Shown one piece after another: positions 25,021 to 37,093 of a DNA stretch of 64,000 nt. This DNA is from Isurus oxyrinchus. Lineage: Eukaryota. The notes beneath the pieces were generated by a model. The model had not been told where the DNA came from. It searched no databases and saw nothing but the letters and a program-made list of their open reading frames with translations. The DNA lies in the NCBI GenBank assembly GCA_026770705.1, contig JANJGN010000004.1, forward strand, positions 108,190,001 to 108,254,000, written 5' to 3'. Both the position numbers and the translations under genes were made by a program. How positions within the stretch are numbered: position 1 is the first letter of the stretch; the number at the start of each line of letters is the position of its first letter.

Positions 25021-26144
25021 CAGGTGGTCAAGTTGAGCCCTAAAATTGGAAGGCTCAACCTATTATTGAAGTGATACCACTTCATCCAGGAAGATGGTAT
25101 GAGGTTGACTATGTGTCCTGAGAGGAGACATTTCAGTTGTTGAAGGATCTGGAGATTGGTTGAGGGGAAGATAAGGCTCACCTGGGGCATTTAAGCCCAT
25201 CCAGTTGAACTGCCCACCAACAATCACTGCTTAGATACACTTGAGCAAGGTAGTGCATTGTGTCGTGACCAGGAAAATGTCTTAGCAAGGATCAGGAGAA
25301 TTGGTGAAATGTTTTTTAAACTTAACTGGTGACTGTCAAACAGAGGAATACTTGCTCACAAGATGGTGGGAGGGGTTAATTTATAATTAAGAATGCAATA
25401 AATGACTCCCCAGTACATATACAAATGCATGAATCAATGTTGCTGGAAATGCACAACATATAACATTAACCAGTTAATTTGTAGCATCAAACCGCTTTTG
25501 GAAAACAATTTGCAGCTTGCATCATATTCAGGCTACAGATGATGTGCGGAAATGGTATTTCAAAAACAACATAATTAAAAACTCTGGCATTCCCTTATTA
25601 GTATACCTCTGTGGTACATTGAAAAGAACACACAACACGGGGAGGAACATGCTGGACATTTCACATGGTTTTATTTTTGAATAATATCATCCCCAGCGAC
25701 CTCACAACCACAGTTCACAAGACCCCAGTCTGGTTGGGAAGGGCAGGGCTAATGAGATCCAATGAAGAAAATGAAATCCCAGCACTAAGCATGCAGGTAA
25801 CACCACATGGAGTAGTGACCTGGTACTTAGACGAGAGCTCACAGAAGTTTGAGAACACTTATTCACTGCTGGCGTATAATGGGTTTCTTCTGTTTACTTA
25901 GTAGAAAACTGTCCAGTATTTAAATTCCCCACTGTTACACAAAGTACCTATGTACAATTCTGCTTGTTTAACACCAGGTTACAAGCTTCAATTAGTAAAA
26001 TTACAATCTATGTTGGAATTCTGAAGGGGGAAAAGGAGAAACAGAGTGAGAAAAAATAGTTTTAATAATGATGAACCCAAGTGATAATACAAGTTTACAA
26101 TAAACTGAGTGAACACAAAGTACGAAAGCTTTCTAGGTGTTTCT

Positions 26145-27250
26145 CATAGAATCACAAAATGATAGAGTACAGCAGGCCATTTGGCCTCTCGTGTTTGCTC
26201 AAACTCTTTGCAAGAGCTAGCCAATTAGTCCCATTACCACGCTCTTTCCCCATTGCCCCATAATGCTTTTCCCTTTTAAGTATTTATCCAATTCCCTTTT
26301 GAAAGTTAATGAATCTGCTTCCACCACCCTTTTAGGCAGTGCCACTAGATCTTAATTCATTGGATTAATTTTTAAAAATTTAAAATTATTTTCCTCAGGT
26401 TACCTCTGGTTCTTTTGCCAAATTAGCCTTCTCTGCTCTAAGAAGCACAACCCCAGTTTACTTAATGTCTCCATGTAACTGAAGTCTTGCATCCCTAGTA
26501 TCATTCTAGTATGTCTCCCTGCATCCTCTCTGAGTCTTAACATCCTTACTAAAGTGCTCAGAATTGACCACAACACTCCAGCTGGGGCCCAACCAGTGTT
26601 TTATAAAGGTTAACATGACTTTCTTGCCTATGCACTTAATGCTCTGTTTATGAAGTCGAGGATCCAGTATGCCCTTTTAAACAGTTTTTTCAATTTGTCC
26701 TGCCACCTTTACTCTTGTGCACATGTAGACCCCAGGTCTCTCTGTTCCTGCACCCCCTTTAAACTGTACCATTTAGTTTGCTTCTCCTCAAAACGAATCA
26801 CTTTACACTTTTGTGCCTTGAATTTCATCTGTCAGATACCCGTCCATTTCACCAGTCTATGTTGCTGGAAATCTGAAACAAAAAACAGAAAATGCTGGAA
26901 AAACTCAGCAGGTCTAGCAGCATCTGTGGAGAGAGAAATAGAGTTAATGTTTTGAGCTCTGAGGAAGGGTCCATACAGACTCGAAACGTTAACTCCATTT
27001 CTCTCTCCACAGATGCTGCCAGACCTGCTGAGTTTTTCCAGCATTTTGTTATTGTTTCAGATTTCCAGCATCCGCAATATTTTGCTTTTATCTTTATGTT
27101 GCCCTGATGATGATTGTTACTACCCTCCTCACCACTTACTACATTTCAGAGTTTCCAGTCACCTCCAAACTTTGAAACTGTATTCAAGCCCCAGGTTACT
27201 GATATGTATCAAAGAGAGGAGTGGACCTAATGAGGTCACAATTGCAGAAT
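26145..27250 (-). mobile_element. CR1 LINE fragment hosting a PLE palindrome
   Basis: CR1 tail at about 26145; CR1 ORF2-like sequence on both sides of 26863-27092. Confidence 0.65.
26863..27092. mobile_element. Palindromic PLE-terminus insert with hammerhead motif
   Basis: Inverted arms meet at GAGCTC (26954-26959). The plus arm has CTGAGGA a GGGTC cataca GACTC GAAA CG TT aactc. Possible TSD tatgttgc (26858-26865 / 27095-27102). Confidence 0.8.
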
Positions 27251-27354
27251 TCATGTTCCTGAGGTATTGGGATCAGTTCTAGGGCAGGATAGACCTATAT
27301 TGAGAAAATAACAATGTAAAATTGAGAGCAACGAGGCAACTTTCTCAGAGCACG

Positions 27355-29345
27355 AAGTGGAGCAAGTGGGGGATGTTTCAGTGGGACAGCATGTAGGAAA
27401 CTGTGATCATAATATCATTAGGCTTAGACCTGTGAAAGAGGACAAGGAACAATCAAAGGTGAAAATACACAACAGCGGTGGGCTAATGTCAGTGAGTTAT
27501 AAAGAGATTTGGCCCAGGTGCATTGGAATCAAAAGACTGGCAGGTAAACCAGTAAATAAGCAGTGGGAGGTCATCAAAGAGGAGATAGTTGGAGTATGGA
27601 CTGGACACATTCCCATGGGGGAGGTGGAGTGGGGAAAGGGAGGGCATTCAAACCTAGGTTCCCCTGGATGAGAGATTAAAATGAAACAGAAAAAGGAGGC
27701 TTCCCACAATAAATGTCAGGACTCTCAGCAGGGAACCAAACTGAATACAAGAAGTACACGGAAAATGTCTCAAGGAAATAAGAGGGGAAAAGAGAGTGCA
27801 TGAGAATTGATTAGTGAGTAAAAATAAAAGAGAACCCAAAAGTCTTTTTATAAACATGTAAAAAGATAGTCAATGGAAGAGGGGCACAGGGGCATGTCTG
27901 TGGTACAAAGTGAGTTTTTTGTATCTATCAGAGAAGAGCATGACATAGCAAAGGAGAAATTGGATAAGATAAAAATAGATTTTAAAAAAGGAGGTTTTAG
28001 AATGGTGGGCATCCCACGAAGTAGAAAAGTCACCTGGTACTGTTGGAGTGCATCCTAAATTGCTAAGGGAAGAAAGGGTGGAATTTGTAGCAGGTCTGAC
28101 CACGATCTTCCAATCCTCCTTGGATCGTGGGCTGGTGTCAGAGGACTAAAAGATTGCAAACGTTCCACTGCTGTTCAAATACAGGAGAGGGATAAACTGG
28201 GCAACTACAGTCTAGTCACCTAACATAAATGTTGGGGAAGCTTTCAAACATTAATCCAGGACAAAATAAAGCTGCACTATGGCTTAATGAATGAAAGCCA
28301 GTGTGGATGTTAAAGACAAATTGTGTTTAATTAACTTGAATGAGTTCTTCAATGAAGTAACGGAGGGGGTTAATTATGGTTGTTTATTTGATGTTGTATA
28401 TGGACTTTCCAAAGGTGTTTGATAAAGTGCCACATAATAGACTTGTAAGCAAAAGTGAAGCCCATGGGTTTAAACAGGGGTGGGGAACCCCGAACTTGGG
28501 GCTGGTTCCAGCCCATGGTGGGCTGGGGGAGATTTCAAAATCTGTCCCCTCATCCCCGCATGCTGCACTCTGGGTCAGCCACCGCCATGTTCTGATGCCT
28601 TAGGCTCGACCACAGTCACAATGGGGAGAGAGCAAGGCCCGAGGTCCAGGAAATGGAGGGCAAGGCAGGGACGGGAAGCTGCCGATCGGATGGTGAAGTG
28701 AGAATAACCTGGGCTGGGTGGGGGTGGGGGGTGGGGAGAAGCAGGATACCTGGTTCCATCAACAGCCTACCACCCCTCCCCTCCCCCAACTCCACTGGGG
28801 TGTGCCTGGACAGGGGCTTAGCCCCTGAGGAAAAGGCCCTGGCTCCAGGTCCAGGTGCAGCCTCGGAATGGGAGTTGGCCAGAGCCTTGGGGTGTTGAGA
28901 GTAACCTCGGCTGGTTTGAGGTTGAAACAGAGTGAGAAAAGAAAGGGAGAGATATATAGAGAGAAACAGAGTGGGAAAGGAGAGAGAGAGAGAGAGACAG
29001 ACAGACAGAGTGGAAAGGAGAGAGAGAGAAAAAAGGGGAAAGAAAAGCAAGAAAAAATTTGAACTGAATTTCAGGAGTACTGTGATTGAGACACAGAAGC
29101 TGTGACTCATTAAGGTAAAGCAAACTCAACCATTGCACTAAAGCAGTGGGTGAGTTGAAAATTTCTGTATTCTCTCAAAAAAAATTAAGCTGGTCTTTAT
29201 GTGTGAGTGGCCAGCGACGATATTATCTATGTGTAAGTGGCCCTGGATAAGAAAAAGCTTCCCCACCCCTGGATCAAATGCATAAGATTGGCTAATGGAC
29301 AGAATATTGGTGAATGGCTGTTTGTCAGGCTGCAGGGAAGTGCAA
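27355..29345 (+). mobile_element. Decayed CR1 ORF2 fragment (endonuclease end to RT) split by a hAT MITE
   Basis: GNCDHNIIR, YMDFPKVFDKVPHNRLVSKSEAHG, resuming after 29272 with DWLMDRILVNGCLSG. Confidence 0.75.
28475..29271. mobile_element. Non-autonomous hAT element, 797 bp
   Basis: Perfect 13-bp TIR CAGGGGTGGGGAA (28475-28487) / TTCCCCACCCCTG (29259-29271); internal GA-rich tract; TSD degenerate. Confidence 0.8.
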
Positions 29346-29739
29346 ACTTCCCTTCTAGCCCATTTCGCCAGCTCCAATAACCTGTCCCAATGCTCATATA
29401 CTGACTAACATATATTACTAGATGTACTCTTGAGATGACAATTTTTGAAGTCCTGCTCCTTACTTTCCACCCTAGTTACTGAAATTTTGTCTGCAGGGCT
29501 TCCTTTTTTCTACCTGTTACAGGTTTCAATGTGGGCCATGAGTTCTGGCTGTTTCCCCTTCACTCTGCAAAACCTCTGCACCCGTTCAATGTTGTCATTT
29601 ACACTAGCACCTGGGAGGTAACGCACCATGCAGAAATCATGTAGGTGGTTACAGAAACACCCATCTATCCCCCTATTGCATCCCCTATGACCACAGCAGG
29701 CCATTCAGCCCATTGAGTCCATGCTGGATCTCTAAGAGA

Positions 29740-30130
29740 TGGTGACTTAGTGGTAATGTCACTGGACTAGTAACCTAGGGGTCAGGCTAATCCTCTGGGG
29801 TGCATGGGTTCAAATCCCATCATAGCAGCTGGCGGAATTTAAATTCAAATAATAGAGTCTGGAATTGAAAACTAGTCTCAGTAGCGGTGACCATGAAACG
29901 ATCTTCAATTGTTGTAAAAAACCGATCTGGTTCACTAATGCTCTGTAGGGAAGGAAATCTGCCATCCTTACCTGGTCTGGCCTACATGTGACTCCAGACC
30001 AACAGCAATGTGGTTGACTCTTAGCTGCCCTCTGAAATGCCCTAGCAAGCCATGCAGTTCAAGGGCAATTAGGGATGAGCAATAAATGCTGGCCTTACCA
30101 GCGACAGCCAAATCCCATGAAAAAAATAAA
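29740..30130 (+). mobile_element. tRNA-headed SINE sharing its 3' tail with the CR1-clade LINE family
   Basis: Head tagtggtaatgtcactggactag...ggttcaaatccc. Tail gggcaattagggatgagcaataaatgctggcc...cccatga matches the LINE tail at 45142-45200. Further copies near 59555-59855 (-), 60325-60670 (+) and 60850-61200 (-). Confidence 0.75.
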
Positions 30131-30599
30131 GAAAAAAAATCCAAATCAGTCCCATTCCCCCACTGTCCCTGCAAGTTTATTTTCCTCAATGGCCCATGCA
30201 GTTTCCTTTTGATTTCTACACTTTGCTGTACCTCTCTCTACAGTGAACTGCCCCGTGACATGCTGGTTCTGCTCATGACTGTATTCTTCTGAGGTGATTA
30301 CCATTCAGCACTGAAAGTGCCAGCCTCCTGGAGGATATCTACACCGCCCACCTCTTCCTACCCTGGCACAGGGCCACACACTATCTACCCTCCTGAACTC
30401 TCTGTGGCCGTGGGGTGGCTACACCTGGGAACAGATGCGCTCCAGGAAATTCTCAGCCTCCTGTATGCCCTGCAGTGACTCCAGTTATTCCTCAAACTGA
30501 CGCAATTGGAAGCACTTCCTGCATGTGTGGCTATCCAGGAATTGCAGGCAATGGGTCTCAGGTCTCTCCTCCTTTTGCTAGAAGTTTATCTATAACAAC

Positions 30600-31395
30600 A
30601 AATAGCATTTATGCAGTGTCTTTAATGTAATAATACATCCCATGGTGCTTTACAGGAGCATTTTGATACAAAGCCAGAAAGAAATATTAGGCCAAGCAAT
30701 CAAGAGGTAGGTTTTACAGAGCTTCTTAAAGAGGAAGAGAGAGAGGTAGAGGGGTAGATAGGCTTGGGAAGGGAATTCCAGAATCTACAGCCCAGGCATC
30801 TGAAGGCAAATCAGCCAATGATGGAGCAATTAAAATTGTGGATGTTCAAGAGGCTTGAATTGGAGTAGCGCAGAGATCTGAGGTTTGTGGGACTGCAGGA
30901 TGTTACAGTTAAGGAATGGTGATACCATGAAGGAAATTGAAGCACGATGAGAATTTGAAATTGTGGTATTGGCAGACTGGGAGCCAATGTAGCTCGTCAA
31001 ACACAGCAGTGATGGGCAAACAGGCCTTAGTGTGAGTTAGGATACAGGCAGCAGAGTTTTGGATGAGCTCAAGTTTATGGAGGGCGGGAGGTCAGCCAGG
31101 AGAGCATTTGAACAGTCAAGCCTAGAGGTAAAACAGGCATGGGTGAGGGTTTCAGCAGCAGGTGAGCTGAGGCAGGGCAGAGCCGGGCAACTTAGTAACA
31201 TGGGTCATCTTGGTGGTGAAGTGGATATGTTGATCAGAAGCTTATGTCACTGAGGCTGCAAAACTCAAACAGTAATCAGGGAGAGGGATGGAGTTGGTAG
31301 CTAGGGAATGGAGATTGTGGTGGGGACCTAAGACAGTGGTAGCGGAGGGGTCAAGAGAATTGGTGGTGAGGCAGAGCTGGGTGCCATCAGCATAC
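30600..31395 (-). mobile_element. L2-clade LINE fragment
   Basis: Reverse-complement homologue of 15490-16280. Confidence 0.7.
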
Positions 31396-32144
31396 ATGTG
31401 GAATAGATATGTAGGTATGCATGCACATGTTTTTAGTTTAGTATTCCCTGCTTCCTATGTATTATTTATGCATATCAGATTTTTACTTAATGCAATTTGG
31501 ATCCCATGTTGGTATCCTCTGCTTAGTAATTTGAGTTTTATCCCCTTAGATCTAATTAAGTACTCTGATCATTTATGCATTTACTTATTTAATATTGTCC
31601 CTTGGTTTTAAATTACTTAGCACGACGTTCCCTCTCTGCACCAAATTCCCACTCTCATCAAATTCCCAGGTTCGCACTTAAGCAAGCCACTCCATTTAGC
31701 AGGTTCACCCAACTCCGGCTGAACTCTGTTTTCCAAGCTCTGTGTTTTTTACAGATACCCCTTCAAAAACAGACTGGTTACAATTGGTCAGTCAACTTTC
31801 AGCTATGATATTTTTAAAGCTTGTCAGGGACCTACTTACACTAGTTGACAGTTAACTAGCACTAGCTTGCAGGTTTTTTTTTTAAAAACAGCAAGAAAAC
31901 TAGGTTAAATTTCAATTTGATTAAAACCACACTTTATGCACTACTCACCCACTACTTACCAGTAAATTCCCACTCTCACCAAATTACCGCAGCAATGGGA
32001 ATTTACAGATTTGTTTGAATTTTTTTAAAAATGGGTTAAATGACAAGTTTTTTTTGAAAATGTAATGAAAATACTGTAAAAAAAGGGATTATGGATGATT
32101 AAATGAGTAACTATTGCCCCCTTTTGAATAACATCACATTGTGT

Positions 32145-32150
32145 TTTATT
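32145..32150 (-). promoter_or_regulatory. Candidate polyadenylation signal for the distal KIAA1958 isoform
   Basis: AATAAA on the minus strand about 90 nt after the stop at 32241, in AT-rich sequence; use is not demonstrated. Confidence 0.35.
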
Positions 32151-32240
32151 TCTATCTGCTATCCATATCACTATTTTCCCCCCTTTGCTAGAAGCTGTAC
32201 ATTTGAAACAATCTTTTGGTCTTAAGGATGCCGACTTTCT

Positions 32241-33053
32241 TCAGCTGTTGGTAGAAAGGAACTTTCCTGGTTTAAGAAGAGAGGCCTGTGTGAAGGACAC
32301 AAAGGTGAAGCTCTCACTTTGCTCAAGCCTGACCTTCTTTGCTAGTTTGGGGACCACAGCTCTGAGGGAGCGAAGGCCCATCCGCTGCTCCTCAAACCAC
32401 ACATTGTCCAGCTGGGAGAAATCTTTCCTGGCCACGAGGTAAAAGGATGACTTGGGATCCCGCTGGCTCGGAGGCCGGTGGGTGTACATGTATTTATACA
32501 ACAGGCAGTACGGGCATCTCTTGAGTCCTTCCGAGTGTTCGTGGTAGATCTGTCCAAAGCACAGCTTGTTGCTGCACACCTTGCTCTCTCGTTTGACCAT
32601 GTCAGTCCTGGCGAAGAAAGGCCGGTTCTCAGCATCCTTCAACAGTTCAATATCCCCATACATGAGGTCCACGTGCTCCTGCAAGGTTCTCATGTTGAAG
32701 TACTGGCTGTTGAACTTCACCACCACACTCAGCAGAGCCACGGGGTTGGCATCACCCAGGTAACCGGCCTGCCACATCTCCTCCTCGTCTTGGCCGGAGA
32801 AGTAGACGATGTTGCGGGATCGCGAGCCAGACATGCCCGCCTTGTTCAGCTGCCTCAGCTTGTCCTTCAGCTTCTGGGTGGAGGACTTGAAGACGGCGTC
32901 CCCGATTGAGAAGCCCACGTTGCCGTTCTTCAGCACGCGGTCCAGGCCGCGCCGGATAGCGTGGAGCGAGGTGGCCAGGAAGTCAGAGCCATCGGTCTTC
33001 CTCACCGTCACGTAGAAGTCCTCCAGCAGCTCGTTGAGCTTTGCAGGTGGAAT
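32241..33053 (-). CDS. KIAA1958: KIAA1958 last coding exon of the second DUF3504 module
   Basis: Acceptor tttctcactgttttctctctgttaaAG (33055-33054). Length 813 nt = 271 codons: IPPAKLNELLEDFYVTVRKTDGSDFLATSLHAIRRGLDRVL...NMRTLQEH...CPYCLLYKYMYTHRPP...WFEEQRMGLRSLR...STNS-TGA. Confidence 0.95.
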   Translation of the reverse strand: MPPAKLNELLEDFYVTVRKTDGSDFLATSLHAIRRGLDRVLKNGNVGFSIGDAVFKSSTQKLKDKLRQLNKAGMSGSRSRNIVYFSGQDEEEMWQAGYLGDANPVALLSVVVKFNSQYFNMRTLQEHVDLMYGDIELLKDAENRPFFARTDMVKRESKVCSNKLCFGQIYHEHSEGLKRCPYCLLYKYMYTHRPPSQRDPKSSFYLVARKDFSQLDNVWFEEQRMGLRSLRAVVPKLAKKVRLEQSESFTFVSFTQASLLKPGKFLSTNS

Positions 33054-33769
33054 CTTTAACAGAGAGAAAACAGTGAGAAAATATAAATGTTGAAATTACA
33101 CAACTCCTCCAGTGGTCTTCCCTTTACACACACTCCCCTCCTCACATGAAAGGTGTTGTCTCATGACAACAGGGTGTAGTTTCATTGGCGCCAATCCCCC
33201 CCCAAGCACCTTACTCAAGTAGCTATTGCTTAAGTGTCAGCCTAGATGGTCAATGAGCTAATTGATCACAGTGAAGCCTGATCCAGATCCCACACACGCA
33301 CTTTCCTGTAGTTGATCGTGAACAAGAACACTGGCTGCTCCCCCACTCCAATTAGCCTGGGTATACTTCCATCACTGCAGTACCACCTCGCACCACCATC
33401 CCCAACTCCCCAATCTAGCGCCCTTGCATAGAGTCATAGAGTTATTTACAGAGCAGAGCATTCAGAGACCTCTCTAACTCCGCTTGGAATGGGGATCAAA
33501 CCACACTCACTGAGCCATCGGATAGCCCCACTGTTTGCTCTCATAAATTACATCTATTTTGACTTTTTCCTTTCAAGCCTCTTTGTTTCCTGGTCACAGC
33601 AGCCTGGCTGAGGTGTTCTCAAACATATGTCAGTGCAGCTTTCATGAGTTGCCAGCAGGCAGTCAGTGGACAGTGGTTAAATCAACCATGAACTCAGACA
33701 AGGGCAGCCAAGATCAGTGAAAAATGAAGCTCAGGAGACAAAGTGAACATTGGAAAATGGAAGGTACAT

Positions 33770-33918
33770 AGATAGGTTCTTGATTGGTAAGGGGATCAAA
33801 GGTTACAGGGAGAAGGCGGGAGAATGGGGTTGAGAAACTTATCAGCCATGATTGAATGGCAGAACAGACTCGATGGGCCGAATGGCCTAATTTCTGCTCC
33901 TATGTCTTATGGTCTTTT
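33770..33918 (+). mobile_element. Short CR1 3' end
   Basis: Tail gatgggccgaatggcctaatttctgctcctatgtcttatggtctt, with a 7-bp direct repeat GGTACAT (33763-33769 / 33919-33925). Confidence 0.75.
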
Positions 33919-35499
33919 GGTACATTCAATCCACATGTAGAATATGGCATGCTGAGGGGAAAATTGATTTCTTGTCTCCTTTCTCAGCACCTCTAATCTT
34001 TATGAAGTGGCAGTAGGTAAAGGCAATCGATGTTGGCGATATTGTCTTATCAGTTGTTTTCAAATTGCCACAGGTCAGACTGAAAGCTGTAAAGTATCCT
34101 TGCTCAGACCAAACCTGTACACTATCTGGTATATATGATCTCTGGTATAAATGGGCAGTGCAGAAGAGATAATCGAGGCTGATAGTGTTTTTTTTAATTC
34201 ATTCATAGGATATGGACACTGGTGACTAGCATTCATTGCCCATTTCTAATTGCCTTCGAGAAGATGGTGATGAGAGTGGGAGCAAGAAAGAACTCTAGGG
34301 AGTGGCCTTGAAAAGAGATGACCCTGAGAGGACTATGAAAATTACACGAGATACTTAATGACAGAGAAAGTAAACTTGAAACAGTAACTTCAGATACTCC
34401 AGGGTAAGATTCAGTGTTGAAAAGGATGTTTAGAATACATAAAAATAACTTTTTTGTTACAGAATGAGATATAGATAGTTGGAATGCATTGCATTAGAAA
34501 CAACAGGTAGGACAGGGTTGTTATTGTAGTAAGATTAGTTTAATTTCCTTGAGAGGATTCAACTGGCACATAGGTTCACCGACCCTCCAGAAATGTCCTG
34601 AAGTCTCCAGGGATTAAAGGCCTGGGCAATGCAATGAGCAACACAGGAGAAAATAATTTAAAGCTTCTACCCCCCTGCCACCTTTTTTATTGAATAGGGA
34701 GAGGTAGTCAGAGACAGGAGGTTATGTGGGGAAAGATCCAGAAATACGTCCAGAGTTGGTAACATGAGCTACAAAAATCGACAGCTTCCCTGCCTCCCTC
34801 TGGGAAGACAACTTGCCTCCACACGCCATGTCCCCAGGTGAAGGTGAATGAGGCCAAAACACCCGGGCTTATGTTAAGTCACCGCGCTCACAAATTTACT
34901 GAATAACAGAGACCCCACGAGGAAACAGGATGTTCAATCCAATTGGTCTATGCTGGTGTTTCTATCCACATAAGCCTCCTCCCACCCTCCCTCATCTAAA
35001 TCCCAGCATAACCTTCCATTCCTTTCTCCCTCATGCACTTGCCTAGCTTCCCTTAAAAACATCGATGTTATTCACCTCATCCACTCCTTGTGGTGGTGAG
35101 TTTCACATTCTCACCATTCAATGCCAGTTCCTCTGAATCAGTCCCTTCCACAATCCAACCACGTGAATAAAAAGGAAGATTAAAACCCTTCTATTCCAAA
35201 GGGTACTGATCGTGACAACAAGCCCTTAAAGTCAACCTTTAAAACAAGCTCCTGTAAGAGCAGCAAGTCTATCCACGTGGACAACAGTATCATTCATGTA
35301 GCTGGTCGTAAAGTTTGTAGCAATAGGTTTAAACAATTGAAATAAGGGAAACATTCAAAACCATGACCACAAAAAGAGATTACAAAAAGGCTACAAGAGA
35401 TTCATTGAATCATAAAAAGATAAAGCACAGGTGGTGATCATTTGGACCACTATGTCTGTGCCAGCTATTTGAAAGAGCTGTCCAATTTCATCTCACTCA

Positions 35500-36140
35500 A
35501 ACAACTTATATTTATATAGCGCCTTTAACATAATGAAATGTCCAAAAATGCTTCATAGGAGCATTATAAAACAAAATATGACACTGAGCCACATAAGAAG
35601 ATATTTGGTCAGATAACCAGGAGTTTGGTCAAAGTCGTAAGTTTTAAGGAATGTCTTAAAGGAGGAAAGCAAGGTAGAGAGGTGGAGAGGTGAAGGGTGG
35701 GTATCCCAGAGCTTGGAGCCTAGGCAACTGAAGGCACAGCCACCAACAGGGGAGCAATTATGATTGGAAATGTGCAAAACGTCAGAATTAGAGGAGTGCA
35801 TGTTATTTCGGAAGGTTGTGGGGCTGGAGGAAATTACAGAAATAGGGAGGGGTGAGGCCACGGTAGGGATGTGAAAACTAGGATGAAAATTTTAAAATCA
35901 AGATGTTGCTCGATTGAGAGCCAATGTAGATCAGTGAGCACAGGGGTGATAGTGCAACGGGAATTGGTGTGAGTTAAGACATGGACAGCAGAGTTCTGGA
36001 TGACATCCAAGTTTACAGAAGGTAGAATGTGGGATAGCAGCCAACAGTGCATTGGAATAGTCAAGTCTAGAGGTAACAAAGGCATGGATGAGGAACTGAA
36101 GCAGGGGCAAAGTTGAGCAATGTTACAGAGATGGAAATAG
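35500..36140 (-). mobile_element. L2-clade LINE 3' fragment
   Basis: IQNSAVHVLT...ITPVLTDLHWLSIEQHLDFKI...AFSCLGSKLWD...FKTFLKTY. Confidence 0.8.
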
Positions 36141-36926
36141 GCACTCTCCAGCTATTACTGCATAGCTCTGCAAAGTTTCTCCCTTCAAGCATTTAACTAA
36201 ATGCTTGGGAGTGTCTGGTGCTCCTCCGTAAATTTGCCTGTTTCAGGAGAGTGATCCGTATGTTACCTTTCATCACTATTTTGGTCTCTAGGCTTTGCTG
36301 TGCATTGCAGAAGTCCCGGTTCTATGGAGTACCAGTGTGGGCAGACCAGTCCCCCTACATTTGTTTTGTTTTTACCCCTACATTTACTCTACACCAACAG
36401 GTGGCCTTAACACAACAACAGGGGTCACTGGTTTCCTGAACTGTTTACACTGAAGAGAGTAGTTGACAAAGGGAAAACTGCAGGTCTGCCATCTACTGCA
36501 TCCCAGTAAAGTGCATTAAAACTAGCCATGAATTGAAACGCTGCAGGAAAACCCTGGTGCCTGCAGTCACAAACCTATGCTGCAATATGATTAGAACATG
36601 AGATTGCAAAGACAGGAAAAGAGCATTAGGACAACACAGCTGTTCTCATTTTTTAAAAATACGGATTAACTCTATTTCACCATTATATCCCGCAATCCTT
36701 TCTCTCTGCAAAAACCATATCTACAATTGCTTGATGCATAAGTATGCCTTTAACGGGAATCTAAATAAACACAAGAAAGAGGAAGGAATTGAAGGATGTG
36801 CCTACAGGGTGAGATGAAGCTCGTGTGCAGCATAAACACCAAGACAGACCAGTTGGGCCGAATGGCCTGTTTCTATTTTGTACATCCTGTGTATTGTCAT
36901 TCTACATAAGTATTCAGAGGACCTAC

Positions 36927-37093
36927 TTTGGTAATGTCCATGTATTGCTTTAGCTCTCTTGTCACACACCAGTATCGCCACACATTCAGTGAATACAGCG
37001 TTGCCTTTGTGGTGTTTGCACTGACGGCGCTTGTGCAGAGCTCCTTGAGTTCGCCATCAAACGTCGGAAACCTGTTGAGTTTTCCAGAAAAGG
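36927..37093 (-). CDS. KIAA1958: KIAA1958 internal coding exon, first exon of the second DUF3504 module
   Basis: Acceptor ttctctttcttttgtatAG (37095-37094), phase 1; donor GTAGGT at 36926. Length 167 nt, encoding FSGKLNRFPTFDGELKELCTSAVSANTTKATLYSLNVWRYWCVTRELKQYMDITK, which resembles vertebrate KIAA1958 and joins in phase 0 to the next exon. Confidence 0.93.

Noticed and set aside
28616-29138. Hydrophobic Leu/Ser/Phe-rich ORFs resembling membrane proteins
   Set aside because: Translation of the GA-rich microsatellite inside the hAT MITE.
1-32000. INIP exons, expected from mammalian synteny downstream of KIAA1958
   Set aside because: I found no INIP-like peptide by eye or in the ORF track; a tblastn search would be needed to exclude small exons.
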